DNA of 64,000 bases from Mobula hypostoma. Its lineage: Eukaryota. The translations under genes and the position numbers were made by a program. The stretch is taken from the NCBI RefSeq assembly GCF_963921235.1, contig NC_086097.1:81966001-82030000 (forward strand), written 5' to 3'. Below are positions 1-12,256 of this stretch, in pieces. The stretch's first letter is position 1. Every line of letters starts with the position of its first letter. The notes below the pieces were generated by a model. It was not told the origin of the DNA, searched no databases, and saw nothing but the letters and a program-made list of their open reading frames with translations.

Positions 1-2735
1 GGCTCCTCCGCGGGGAACAATGAAGCTGGTAGCCCTGAAGCACTTCAAAGGGCGAAATACCTGTAACAGAGGAGATATGTAGAATCTGGCACAATTTGGC
101 CCAGAGCAGATGCTTCTTCCATGTGGAAGAGTTAGTTGTGGTGAAGCAGCGCAGAAACTTCTCCACTTGCTGATTGGCTCTTTCCGATTGACCATTGGCC
201 TGCGGATGATAGCCAGAGGACAAATGCACTGAAGTAGGGAGGAGAGAGCAGAAGGCTTGCCAGAATTGTGGGCCCCAGTCCGACACAATGTACTGGGGGA
301 AGCCGTGGAGGCAAACTAGATGTTGCAGAAACAGGTCCACCGTCTCAGTGGCTGATGGACATTTGGGAAGGGCAATGAAGTGGGCTGCCTTGGAGAACCA
401 GTTCACTATTGTCCTGGTCACTGTGGCCCCATGGGAAGGTGGAAAACCCGTGATGAAATACATGGGGACGTGGGACCATGGGCATTGGGGGACCGGTAGG
501 GGCTGCAGGAGCCTATAGGGCTGCTGGTTGGAGGATTTGGACCGGGCACAATGAAGGCAGGCAGCAGCGAGCTGACATACATCTGCGATCATGGCAGGCC
601 TCAGAACTGACGTTGCAGAAAATCCAGAGTCTCTCGTGCACCTCGATGGCCAGAGAGTGGAAGAATGTGCACTTGACTGCCTCAGAGCACATGATCTCCG
701 GCACAAACATGAGGTCATCAGGTATGTCGGCCGGTGTAGGCTCATGCAGTAAAGTCTGGTGAATCTGGTTCTCAAGGTCTCAGAAGATCGAGGTGAGGAC
801 CTTGGAGGATGGAATGATGGGCTGAAGGCCAGTCTTCATTTTTGCTGGGTCAAACTGTTGTGACAGGGCATCCACTGAGTGTTCTTGGAGCCGGGCTAGT
901 AGGAGCTGGTGAAGTTGAATTGCTCAAAGAAGAGGTCCCAGCAATACTAATGTGAGCTGAGATGGCAGCTTTGTTGTATGGATGAGGTTCGGCTGGTCAA
1001 TCCAGATCAGGAAGGGCTTGGTTTTCCCCATCAGCCAATGTCCCCTTTCCTCCAAGGCCCATTTAATGGTGAATAGCTCCTTGTCTCCTACTCCATAAAG
1101 GTGCTGTGTGGAGTTGAACTTGGGCAAGAAGAAGGCACAATGTGTTCAGCCCTCACTGGGAGAGGATGGTCCTAGTGCCCAGATCAGATGTGTCAATCTC
1201 TACCACAAAAGATCTGGAGGGGCTTGGATGGCAGAGAATGGGAGTGGCAAAGCGTCTTTTGAGTTCCTCAAAAGCATGGTCCATGGCAGCAGACCAGGTT
1301 ATCTGTGAGGAGCGTCACTTGGTGAGGGAGGTGCAAGGAGTGGCAATTTGGCTGCAGTTTCTGATGAACTGGCAGTAGAAGTTGGAGCACCCCAGGAAGC
1401 ACTGTAGCTGTTTGAGGGTGTATGGTCAAGGCCACTCAACAACAGCACACACTTTCTCTGGGTCCATGGTTGTGAATTGGGTGAAAGTCTGAAAGGCGTC
1501 ATCAAGTATTCGTAGTGGCCAATGGGTGTTATGGATGCTGTCTTCCATATTGCCTTGGTGGATGCGGATTAGGTTGTACGTGCTCTGTTGATCCAACTTG
1601 GTGAAGATCTGGGCCCCATGGAGTGTTTCGAGTGTGCCATCCATCAAGGCGAGAGAGTACCAGTCCTCAATGTTGATTTTGTTGAGTCCCCGGTAGTCAA
1701 TGCAGGGACGAAGACCCCCACCTTTCTCTTTGCAAATGAATCCTAAACCAGATGAGGACTGGGATGGATGAACGAAACCATGCTGTGGTGCTTTGACATT
1801 CCAGCCACGCTCCATCGCAAGGGTACCGAATTCTATGGTGTAATCCAGCACAGAGTCTGAGCCTCGACACGGGCCAAGCAGCTGCTCTGCTGCCCATTTT
1901 CCACTTCCCAGGTGGTCGAAAACCCAGCACACCTCAGCAGCGAACTCAACATATTTATTGCAAATGATGGTTTTATTGCCCCAGTTAGCGGTGGCCCTAG
2001 AGCTTAGCCAGTCAATAGAGAGCTGAGAAGGGCAATTTTGCCGGGCACTGTAGAAAACAGCTTTGGCTGGAGCTGAAAGTCTAAGATGCACTGAAAGAGG
2101 AAGTTGCAGCATTGGGTTGGGGTTTTGTTGAAGCATTCGGGTACCAGAATTGGGGGCTCAGAGGGAAGAGATCGACTGGTGCAGGGTTGCTGTATCAAGA
2201 TGGAGAGTTAGAAGAGAGTGCAGAGCAGATAGTCAGTTTTTTCCTGCTGCTTCTGGATGGTGTGTTCATGTTGATGAACACACTCTGCTGGGTCAAATGA
2301 AGGTTCACTCATCCCATCAGGAAATGTTGAGGAGGCTTGAGCCAAAAGCAGAGCAGCGGAGATGACACAACAGTGAGCAATAACTTTAACAATAAACTGC
2401 AGAATAACAAGCCAGGAGGGGCCACAAATCAGAGTCATAATGCAAAGATTTACTCCCTCACGTTTGGGATGGATGTAAGATTTAAATAAATTCAATACAA
2501 TTCAAAATTCAATTCAATACTTAACACGGCAAGGCAACAAGGTAACTGAAGGCTAGGAGCAAATGGTTGAGACTGGCTGGTTTGATGAGTGAACAAGGAC
2601 AGTGGATGAAAATTGAGTTTAAATGGGCTGCCGGTGATGAGTGGGGACTGGAAAGAGAAGGCATGTGCAGAACTGACACACATGCTGGTTGTTTGAAACA
2701 ATGGCCACGCTTAATCCTGCAGGCAATTGATAACA
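1..2735 (-). mobile_element. Degenerate, internally deleted Ty3/Gypsy LTR retrotransposon (Tf2/sushi-like); continues past window start
   Basis: Minus-strand remnants in gag-RT-RH-IN order: gag (GSDSVLDYTIEF), RT (KEKGGGLRPCIDYRGLNKI, FTKLD..STYNLIRI), RNase H (YGVGDKELFTIKWALEE), integrase (LPVP..PWSHV, IVSDWGPQF). Many frameshifts; protease and YxDD regions missing. Putative 5' LTR ~2325-2735 starts TGTTATCA. Confidence 0.85.
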
Positions 2736-3174
2736 AAAAGAGCTAAGTGGAAGAACCAGAGACAACAGAATAGAGGTTATGTTGACATTTGAATATCAGG
2801 TTAGTGTCAGTGTGAGAACATAGCTGCTGTAATTTTCCACATGAGACAGCTTTACAGTGCTGTGAACATTTTCACCTTCTATACTGATACCAAGAAACAT
2901 GGATAATATCGAAACAATGTGTACTAGCCTGGTAAATAATGCATGTCTAAATTTTGATAATTGCAGACAAGTTGACTGAAGTAATTCTGGAAACCAGCAG
3001 GAATTTTAAAGTACCGAGAAACAGGTACATGTATGGAAAAGGAGTCAGCTTATGGCTATATAATTGGATGTGAGATCAAGGCAATGTCTGGAAAGTTTAT
3101 AAAAATGTATAAATAGGTAATCAGCAGCAATAACTTCAGACACTGACAACTGCAGAAGACCCCATACCTCTGAC

Positions 3175-4729
3175 TTAAGAATATAGAACACAGAAGAGTA
3201 AAGCACCGAACAGGCCTTTTGGCCAAAATTGTCGTACCGATCTTGATGCTGATTTATACTAAATGTTCTCCTTCTGTGTATCACCCAAATCCCTCCAATC
3301 CCTTCATATTTCTGTGTCTATCTAAAAGCCTCTTAAAGTCCAAACTGTCTGTTCCCACCAGTGCCCTGTAGCCTTTTTAGGGGCATTACCTCTCTCTGCA
3401 TGAAAAACTTGCTCCTCACGTCACCTTTAAACTTTATCCCTCTAAGCTTAAAAGCATGTCCTCTGGTGTTTGACATTAAGATTCTGGCTATCTACCCTCT
3501 CTGTGCCTCTCATGATTTTAAAAGCTTCTGTCAGGTCTCACTTTCAGTTTCAGGTGATCCAGGGAGAACAACCCAAGTTTGTCCAACCTTTCCTTATAGC
3601 TCATACCCTCTAATCCAAGAAACATCCTGGTAAAACTCTTTTGCACCCTCTTCACATCCTTCCTATAATTGTGTTTATTTATTTAGTGACCAGAGCGGAA
3701 CATGCCCTAATGGCCCAATGAGCCGTGCCACCCAGCAACACACCTATTTAACCCTAACCTAATCAAGCTCCTTTGTCACCTCCTAAAAAAGCTTGATCAC
3801 ATTTATAGGTCATGACCTACTCTGAAAAAGCCATGCTGACTGTCCCTAAGCAAGGCCTGCCTTTCCAAATGCACGTGAATTCTATCCCTCGGTATCTTCT
3901 CCAGTAGGTTCCCTACTGACGTGAAGCTCACTGGCCAATAATCTCCTTGGTTATCCCTACTTCCCTCCTTGATAAAAAGGCCCAGCATTTGATACTCTCC
4001 TGTCTGCTGGGAGCTTGCCTGTTGCTAGTGAGAGCACAAAGATTCTTGTCAAAGCTCCAGCATTCTCCTCACTTGCTTCAGTATTCTAGGAATATGCCAC
4101 CAGGCCCTGGGGCATCCATCTTAACTCTTTTCAGAAGAGCCTGCAATATTTCCTTAGTCTCAAAATGTCCCACTCTGTTTTCACTATCCTCCAAATCCCT
4201 TTCCTTGGTAAGTACCCACACAAAGTACTCACTTAGTACCTCAGCCACTTGCTCTGATGCCAAATACAAATTCTCTCCTTTATCCTTGAGTAGATCTACC
4301 CTCTCCTTTGTTATCCTCTTTTTCTTAATATAAATGTATTAATGTCTTGGGATTCTCCTTGATCCCACTGGCCAAGGATACTTCATGGCCCCTTTAGGAT
4401 ATCCTAATTTCCTGTTTGAGCACTTTCCATTATCTTTATATTCCACGGGCCCAATCTGATTTTAGCTTTCTAAATATTATGCATGCTTCTTTTTTCTTCC
4501 TGACTATATCAAGGATTTCTCTGGTCATCTGTTGTTCCATTACCTTACCGGTCTTGCCCTTCCTCCTTACCTGAACATTTCAATCCTGGTGTCCCATCAA
4601 CTGGTCTCTAATGCCCCAGTCAATGCCCCTTGGCTCCAGTCTTTCTGTATTTGTCCTCCCCCAATTTAGCACCTTCCCACAAGATCTTATTTTGTCTTTA
4701 CTCATAACTATCTTAAGGATAGTGTGTAG
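3175..4729 (-). mobile_element. CR1/HER1-like LINE, 3' part (RT remnants and 3' end)
   Basis: Peptides KEGSRDNQGDYWPVSFTSVG, LRDSQHGF and KMDAPGPGGI; CR1-type 3' end near 3180. Confidence 0.85.
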
Positions 4730-5524
4730 TGTCACGTACCCCGTGACGGGAATAAAGAACCAGTAGAGATGGAAAACACTTTGGAGTCCAGTATTGCTAT
4801 TAACTAATAATATTTATTAGTAACTACGCAATACAGTAATACAAATGTAGATAAATCAAACAGGTTAGCAATGATTTTATATATATAAGTAAGTAAATCA
4901 GTAAGTGCGGAAATATATGTGAAAAACCAAGCTTCTTCAAGTCTAGGGGTAAAAAGATACAGACTTACAATGATGAGTAAAGTTCAGTTCAGTTCAGTTC
5001 ATGGTTTTGAGTTGAGTAGTGATGGAGAGAGAGAGAGAGAGAGGGAGAGAGTTGAGTCTTTAGTTGAGCTGACCCCGTCGATCTTCTTGTTGTTCTCCGA
5101 AATTCTTTAGAAGTCACCGACTGTAACCACAACAAAGGGGACCGTTTTTCTGTGATGGAGCTATCAACCCAGGCAAGGGTTAGACACATGGACAACTCCC
5201 CACTGATCACAGCCTTTTCACGCTGTAAGAGCGACTGATCAATCCACCCGATCGATCCTCCAAAAACCCCACTTTTTCTGTGGTCACAACAAAGCTCATT
5301 CAGTGTCCATTAACATGTACCTCCGGTCTATCATCTGACCTTCTATCTTATCTTCCCATACTGAGCACCAACTGTCTCTCAAATAACGCCGTCCTTCTCT
5401 GTCTGTGTAAGAATACAAGCGGGCGATGTCCTTGGAGAAAGTATAAACAACCTGCGAGCAGTCTTCGTTTCGCTCTCTCTTTTCAAAAGCATACTTTATA
5501 GGGGTAACTCAGGACCCCGTCACA
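4730..5524 (-). repeat. 3' LTR (795 bp) of the Gmr1-like element
   Basis: TG..CA termini with 6-bp inverted ends, adjacent PPT, minus-strand AATAAA near 4815; U5 end resembles the 18626/26979 LTR family. Confidence 0.85.
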
Positions 5525-5650
5525 TCCCCTTTCTTCAGAAAAAAAATTTCAATGAAGACGAAATTTTTAGTTTAAATGTAAATTACAGAGTTTGAAGCAA
5601 TACAGGTAAAATCATCAGATGACAGAGCAAAAATGTGTACAATTTCCAAC

Positions 5651-6891
5651 TTAACATCTGGATAAGCAATCAGCTAGAACATTTTCAGTACCTTTCACAT
5701 GTTTGATTGTCAGAAATTCTTGCAATATCAGACTCCAATTTAGCAACCTTCTATTCTTATCCTTTATCTTAGTTAGAAACACCAATGGATTATGATCGTA
5801 AAAACCACAAGGAGTCTTTGAGCAGGATAAATATAAACCTCAAAATGTTGTAAGGCTAGTATAAGTGCTAACAGCTCCTTTTCAACAGTTGAATATTTTT
5901 TCTGGTGCACATTAAATTTCTTTGAGAAATAAGCTACTGGGTGCTCAATGTCATCCACACCATTCTGTAACAGTACGGCCCCAGCAGCTTCATCACTAGC
6001 GTCTGTTGCTATAGAGAATGGTTTAGAAAAATCAGGTGCTTTGAACACAGGACGATAACACAGGATGGTTTTCATATGTTCAAATGCCTCCTGGCAAAGG
6101 TCATTCCATAAAAATCTTTCGCTCATCCCTAGGAGTTTTGTTAGGGGAAGAGCGATGTCAGCAATGTTCTTACAAAACTTACAATAATACTCAACCATTC
6201 CTAAAAATCTTCTCAAAGCTTCCTTGCCGGTCGGAACAGGAACCTCAGCAATAGCTTGAACCTTGGCCTGTACAGGAGCCAGTTGGCCCTGGCCTACTAC
6301 ATAGCCCAGATATGTAACTGTGGCATGACCAAACTCACTTTTAACGAGGTTCACAGTAAGATTGGCCTTGGAAAGTCTGTCAGACAGTTTTTCTACTGCT
6401 GCAATATGCTCTTCCCACGTGTCATTCCCGACCACTAAATCATCAATATAAGCCTCTGTGTTTTCTAAACCTCTAATCACAGAATTGATCATTCTTTGAA
6501 ATGTCCCTGGAGCATTTTTCATCCTGAAGGGTAAAACATTGTATTCATACAGTCTAGATGGTGTCCCAAATGCTGATACCTCTTTAGCTCTCTCTGTTAA
6601 AGGAACACCCCAGCATCCTTTTAACAAGTCGATCTTTATAAGGTATTTAGCCTTCCCCACTCTATCAATACAGCCATCCACTCTCTCTCCTTGTTCTTTC
6701 TTGTTTCCAATTTCTTGTTCAACCATTTTACTTCCCTCAAAGTTCATTCTGTAAAGTTGCTGTTTCATGGGCTGGGCAGAATTTATAATGACATGGTGCA
6801 CTGCAGCTGTGCACCGCTTCAGAATGTCAGAAAATACATCTCCATGCTTGCCAATTAGTCCTTTCACTTGTTTTTGCAGTGTAGGGTCCAA
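5651..6891 (-). pseudogene. pol: Gypsy RT-RNase H remnant
   Basis: ORF 5773-6891 has KIDLLKG, LPFRMKNAPGTFQR, YIDD, YLGY, TDASD and YSTVEKELLA. The N-terminal RT motifs are deleted. A frameshifted tail KHVKGTENVLADCLSRC ends at 5651. Confidence 0.9.
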
Positions 6892-7061
6892 CTGAAGGAC
6901 CTTATCAGTAATATTTTTTAATGGAATTCTGACATCTTGGTGAGACTAGATTCAGTGGGTAAACATGTTTTTTCATCCCATTATCAGATTCCACGACTCC
7001 ATTTTGTTCCATAACAATTCTCCCCGGGTGCCATTCTAGCAAACAAACGTTTTATTTTAAT

Positions 7062-7890
7062 TCAGCCATTCTGTAAACTTTCCTTTGCAAGGTCACAAAG
7101 CTTATTAAATCCTTTCCAGAATTCTGAAGTATAATTAAGCACACCGACACATGTTTCCAAATCAGACCATAGTTCTCTGAGTAGGGTCGAAGGTTCTTTT
7201 GGCCTGTAACTGAACACAGGTTCCAACAGACTACCCTCCAATGTCTGTTGATTCAAATCTCCAACAATAAATAAGAGGAGGGGAACCCCCTCATCCCAAA
7301 TTTTCCCATTCTTCACACAATATGCTTTAATCATGGTCTTAAGAGTTGAGTTGAACTGTTCCAAGGCTCCCTTGAACTCTGTGTGATATGTAGATGACAT
7401 CATGTGCTTAGCTTCCAATTCTCTAACTATCCCCTGGAATGTTCTTGAAGTAAAGTTACTGCCCTGGTCAAATTGAATTTCTTTGGGCAGACCTACCAGC
7501 GTGAAAAACTTACTGAATGACTTCAACACAGTCTTGGCCTTGATGTTTTCACAAAACATGGCTTCAGGGACCTAGACACAGCACACACAATTGTTAACAC
7601 ATACTGATAACCAGCTGCGATCTTTGGCAATGGGCCTACACAATCCACTATGACCCTAGAAAAAGGTTCACCAAAAGCAGGTTTCAGTTTAAGTGGTGTT
7701 ACCTGAATAACCTGATTAGATTTCCCCTCAACTTGACAGGTATGGCATGTCCCGTTACAATTCACAACATCCTTTCTTAAACTAGGCCAGTAAAATTCCT
7801 TCATAATCCTGTTCACCGTCTCCATGAGGTCCACCTAAAGGCATACTGTAAGCCATGTTTAAAATTTCAGCCCTGTAAACTTTCGGAAAC
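7062..7890 (-). pseudogene. Gypsy integrase remnant (frameshifted)
   Basis: Zinc-finger region (FYWPSLRKDV, CHTCQ), VDCVGPLP and core DQGSNFTS across ORFs 7523-7834 and 7062-7559. Confidence 0.88.
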
Positions 7891-8530
7891 TTACTATTCC
7901 CAAAATGTTCACCCACTATCAGGTCTGTCACAAAACCAGGTCCAGTATGTTTTTTCCTCCAGGTGGATTCTCCAAAAAACTGTTTCAAGAACCCCTTTGG
8001 ACACACAAAGAAATCCCATCCCATCTGAGCTTCTTGCATTAAGGATTTTCCAATACAGGGGAAGTTGAAGTCCCCCACTACGACAACCCTTGGTTCTGCA
8101 CTTTTCCATAATCTGCTTACATACAGTATTGTTCCTCCACTTCTCAGAATTGGAAACCTATTGTGCAAATGTACCTTTTTTTTCCATTTCAGAGCTCCAG
8201 CCAAACTCCCTCTGTAGATGAGCCCTCCATCGTTTCCTCTCTGAGTAGTTCTGTGACATTCTGCCTTATCGATACTATAACCTCCTATCTCTCTTACTGC
8301 TCTCTCTATCACATCTAAATTAATGAAACCCAGAAACATTGTGATGGTAGACTTGTCCCTCATGCAACCAGATCTCTGTAATTCATAATTCCACGTACTG
8401 ATCCAGGCTCTTAGGTTCATTCTCCTTAACAATGATACTCCTGGCATTGAAATAAACACATTTCAGCCCATCTGACCCATCGTGTCTACTAGCTTGCCCC
8501 TTCTTTTCAGTCATGCTTGTCATACCATCT
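7891..8530 (-). mobile_element. CR1 LINE APE-endonuclease region (5' part of the CR1 at 3175-4729)
   Basis: LKCVYFNARSI, VVVVGDFNFP and VGEHFGNS motifs. Confidence 0.85.
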
Positions 8531-8549
8531 GCCTTGCTTTCAAGCATTT

Positions 8550-8840
8550 TGACGTCATGGTAGCGTAGTGGCCAGTGCAATGCTATTACAGCTCCAGGTG
8601 TCAGGGTTCAGAGTTCAATCTTGGCATCCCTCATAAAGAGACTACGTACATCCTCCCCCATGGAATACATGGATCGTCAGGTTTCCCCTCAAGTCCAAAG
8701 ACATCCTGGGTAAGTTAATAGGGCATTGCAAATGGCCCCGTGATTAGGTCAGGGTTTAAATAGGGGTTGCTGGGCAACGTGGCTCAAAGGACAGGAAAGG
8801 CCTACTCTGCACTGTATCTCCAGGTAAAGATAAATAAAAG
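8550..8840 (+). mobile_element. tRNA-derived V-SINE (HE1-like) with CR1-type tail
   Basis: A-box-like TAGCGTAGTGG, B-box-like GAGTTCAATCT, decayed V-domain, tail GGGCCTACTCTGCACTGTATCTC plus A-rich end. Confidence 0.65.
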
Positions 8841-8875
8841 AAAATGAGCCTATCACCTGTTGCCCTGTTGCTGTT

Positions 8876-9005
8876 CCAAGTTCAAAGTGAATTTATTATC
8901 AAAGTACCTACATGTTAACGTATACTATCTTGAGATTAATCTTCTTGCAGGCATTCAGAGGACAAAAAAGAAATACAGTAGAATTTACAAAAAGCTATAC
9001 ATAAA
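8876..9005 (-). mobile_element. Rex1/Babar- or L2-like LINE 3' tail fragment
   Basis: TTCAAAGTGAATTTATTATCAAAGTAC start shared with related tails at 16794, 43652, 46470 and 54296. Confidence 0.6.
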
Positions 9006-9064
9006 CCTTCCAAGGCGCAAATCCATGGTCTCACGAGACTAACGGATGCCTATATCCATAAACT

Positions 9065-9860
9065 ATACCCACAAACACGAGATGCTGGAGGTGCAAAGCA
9101 ACACACACAGAATGCTGGAGGCCCAGGCAGCATCTATGGAAAAGAGTTAACAGTTGACATTTTGGGCCAAGACTCTTCATCAGGACTGGAAAGGAAGGGG
9201 AGAAGTCAGAGTAAGAAGGTGGGGGGAGGGGAGGGAGAAGTACAAGATGGTGGTAGGTGAAAGGTGAAACCGGGAGAAGGGAAGGGGTGAAGTTAGGATC
9301 TGGCACGTTGATTGGTGAAAGAGATCAAGGGCTAGAGAAGGGGGAACCTGATTTGAGAGGATAGAAGATCATGGAAGAAAGGGAAGGGGAGGAGCACGAG
9401 AGGGAGATGATGGGCAGGTAAGGAGATAATGAGAGAGGGAAACAGGAACGGGGAATATTGATATTCATGACATCAGGTTGGAGCTACCCGGATGGAATAT
9501 AAGGTGTTGCTCCTTCAACCTGAGTGTGGCCTCATTACCGAAGTAGAGAAGGACATCAACTGACATGCTGGAATGGGAATGGGAAGTTGAATTGAAATGG
9601 TTGGCTACCAGGAGATCCAGCTTTTCCTGGCAGACGGAACGAAGGTGCTTGATGAAGCAGTCTATCAACCCTCGTCAGGTCTCACCGATATACAGGAGGC
9701 CACAGTGGGAACACCGGATACAGTAGATGACCCCTGCCAGTCTTGCAGGTGAAGTGTCGCCTCACTTAGAAGGACTGTTTGGGGCCCTGAATGGTGGTGA
9801 GAGAGGAGGTGTAGGGGCGGGTGTGGCACTTTTTCCAATTGCAAGGATAAGTGCCAGCAA
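9065..9860 (-). mobile_element. Penelope-like element, 3' part (GIY-YIG C-terminus, pLTR)
   Basis: Peptide VANHFNSTSHSHS...RLKEQHLIFH; pLTR with hammerhead-like motif at 9151-9188; homologous to the 17350 and 55553 copies. Confidence 0.8.
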
Positions 9861-10949
9861 CATTTTGAGGACGGCTCACAGAAACTACTGGATATACTGT
9901 ACATCTTCTGAAGTGGTTCTTATACCCCACCACTCTAGTTTAAACCCCACCCCCTCAAGTAGCACTGGTAAATCTCTCAGTGGGAATATTGTACAGAGAA
10001 GCCTATCTGGGCTTCCTACTACTGAACCCCTTATCACTGTTTCTCTGCCTGACTTCCTCCTTCTCCTTTTTTGCCGCTGCACTGATCCAGCTACTCCTGG
10101 GGCCTTCTAAAATGTCATCAGTACCCCACCCTCCAACAGTATCCAAAGTTATGTAAATAAGAAGATAATGACACTGAATATATCTAGAACTAATTATTCA
10201 ATGAGTTGTGTATCTAAATGTTAATGATTTTCTTAATACTACTCAGTCAATCTTTGAACTCATTGTGATCAATAAGGAAGTACAGTTAATAGGTGAAGTA
10301 ATTTCCTGCTATGGTTTGTCGTGTGCTGCATTTAATTGGATTTAATCTCTTTTTTTTTCCATAGTTGCACAAATTCCATTTAAAATTGATGAACAAACTA
10401 ACTTTTCAGACGAAGTGTTCTCAGTTCAAGTAAACATCTGAGTGAAAACTATTTTTTCCAATTTAGACAGTTTGGTAACTATTTTAAATCTACAATCCCT
10501 GATTATTGCCTACTTTCCCAAGAGAATAGTTGTTTTCTATGAAAATTACTTCTTGATCTTTAAGAGGATCTTGAACTATCTACTTTCATGGAAAACAATC
10601 TTAAATTTTCTAACCTCAATTCCCTGAGAAGCCTTTAACTGACAAAGGCAAGCTCACAGTCTTTTTTTTGTGACAGAACAGTGAACGTAAAGAAATCAAT
10701 GAGCTGGGAATTGTGTGCCACTGCAGTATCCAAGGTGGTAACCGAGTTGTCAATTACAAACAAGCATCACCCATACAGTTAGAATACAACTTCAATTCAT
10801 CATTCAGTTTCAAGGTGAAGGTTGGACTTACTGTCTCACAAACACAAGGAAATCCTCCTCCCCACCCTTTCCAAAGAAAAAAATGTGTTGTACTTTAACA
10901 GTTAGGTAGTCAGATTGGTGGGCTTGTTTTAAAACATATTTTTCTCAAC

Positions 10950-11194
10950 TTTTATGTTTTGTATCTCTAAAACATAAAACTACTTGAAAGAAAAACATGA
11001 AGCCAGGGATAACTCATGTACATTTAGTTTTTACTTTAGTGAGGTGCATCTGTATGACAGGGTGGCATAATGACGTATGCCATTCACGTACTTTTACATA
11101 TAACCCGTAATAAATTATTTATACAAAGAATGTTTAGTGAAACAAAATATTTATGATATTACCCACATACTACTGAAATATTGAATACACAACA
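10950..11194. repeat. Probable short solo LTR (~245 bp)
   Basis: Ends T(G>T)TTATG...CACAACA with imperfect flanks TCAAC/GCAAT; recognised by pattern only. Confidence 0.45.
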
Positions 11195-11704
11195 GCAATC
11201 ACAATCCCCGAAGTGAGCCATTGAAGAAAGTAGGTACCAAAGATGAAAATCAAAATATTTTTGAGAAGTATGAAGTCCCTTTACTTTCCTGTAAACTGTA
11301 CCTGCTTACAACATTAGACATTTCTCTTATCAGGAAACGTAGAGCTTTGAAGTTTTTCTGAAGTTTTGGCTGAGATTTAGATTCAGTAGATTTTTTTTAA
11401 ATATGTGTGATTTCAAGCAGAATAATCAGCACTAGGAACAATAGCATTGTAATATTCACCAAGTCAGGAAAGAGAGATAAATTTTCAGAGAGCAGAGAAT
11501 AACATGCAACTGTAATTGTGTTGTACACAGTCACTCTGACACTATATTACTTGTTCCGTGTCCATAAACCTTAGAACTGATTCAAGAGTGATGCACTGAG
11601 CAAAGACATAAACGTGAGGAAGTTCCAGATATACTTCAACTAGCAGCTTCCAAACCCCACCCTGATCTCAGTATCAATCATGTCAGTTTGAAACTGGAAA
11701 ATTA

Positions 11705-12080
11705 CAGTGCTGTGCAAAAGTCTTAGACATACGAGATTTTTAATATAGTTTCAGATGGTATGGCCTCCACAGAACCTGATCTCAACATTATTGAGGCTGT
11801 CTGGGATTACCTGGAGAGAGAGAAGCAAGTGAGACAGCCAAAGTCTGCAGAAGAATTGTGGCAAACTATCCAATGTGCTTGGAACAATCTACCAGCTGAT
11901 TTTCTTATAAAACTGCACAACAGTGCATCTAAGATAACTGATACAGTTTTAAAGACAAAGGATGGTCACAACAAATTTTGGTTTGATTTAGTTTTTTACT
12001 GTTTATTCTTCTTTATAGTAAAGTTTTTGATATTTAGAAATTTTTCATTTCATTATTTCTGAAAGCATCATCGGTTTACA
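11705..12080 (+). mobile_element. Tc1/mariner deletion derivative
   Basis: TA|CAGTGCTGTGCAAAAG terminus followed almost directly by the transposase C-terminus PDLNIIEAVWDYLEREKQVRQPKSAEELW. Right TIR not found. Confidence 0.8.
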
Positions 12081-12256
12081 GAATGGGAGAGAGAGAGGGA
12101 GAGATAAAGTGTGTGAGAGAGAGAAAAACGTGCAGCATGTGTCTGTTCAGAAGGGGATAGAGATGGTTGAGTTAAGAAAAAGGCAGAAAATGTATGAAAT
12201 TTATGGATTCATAAACAGTGAGTACTGGGTGATAACCATAAATAAAATAAACAGAA

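Larger units (their letters stand above)
4730..7890 (-). mobile_element. 5'-truncated Gmr1-like Gypsy element (IN-RT-RNase H, PPT, 3' LTR) inserted in a CR1
   Basis: Integrase precedes RT on the coding strand (Gmr1 order). Polypurine tract (minus GAAGAAAGGGGA) abuts an LTR with TGTGAC...GTGACA ends. Confidence 0.85.

Noticed and set aside
1426..2136. 236-aa gag-RT fusion ORF resembling sushi-derived domesticated genes
   Set aside because: Produced by internal deletions in a frameshifted element; catalytic motifs are missing.
7782..8459. 225-aa ORF joining CR1 endonuclease and Gypsy integrase peptides
   Set aside because: Chance in-frame read-through across an insertion junction; both parts are decayed.
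8550..8630. tRNA gene
   Set aside because: A/B boxes belong to a SINE head; no cloverleaf evident.
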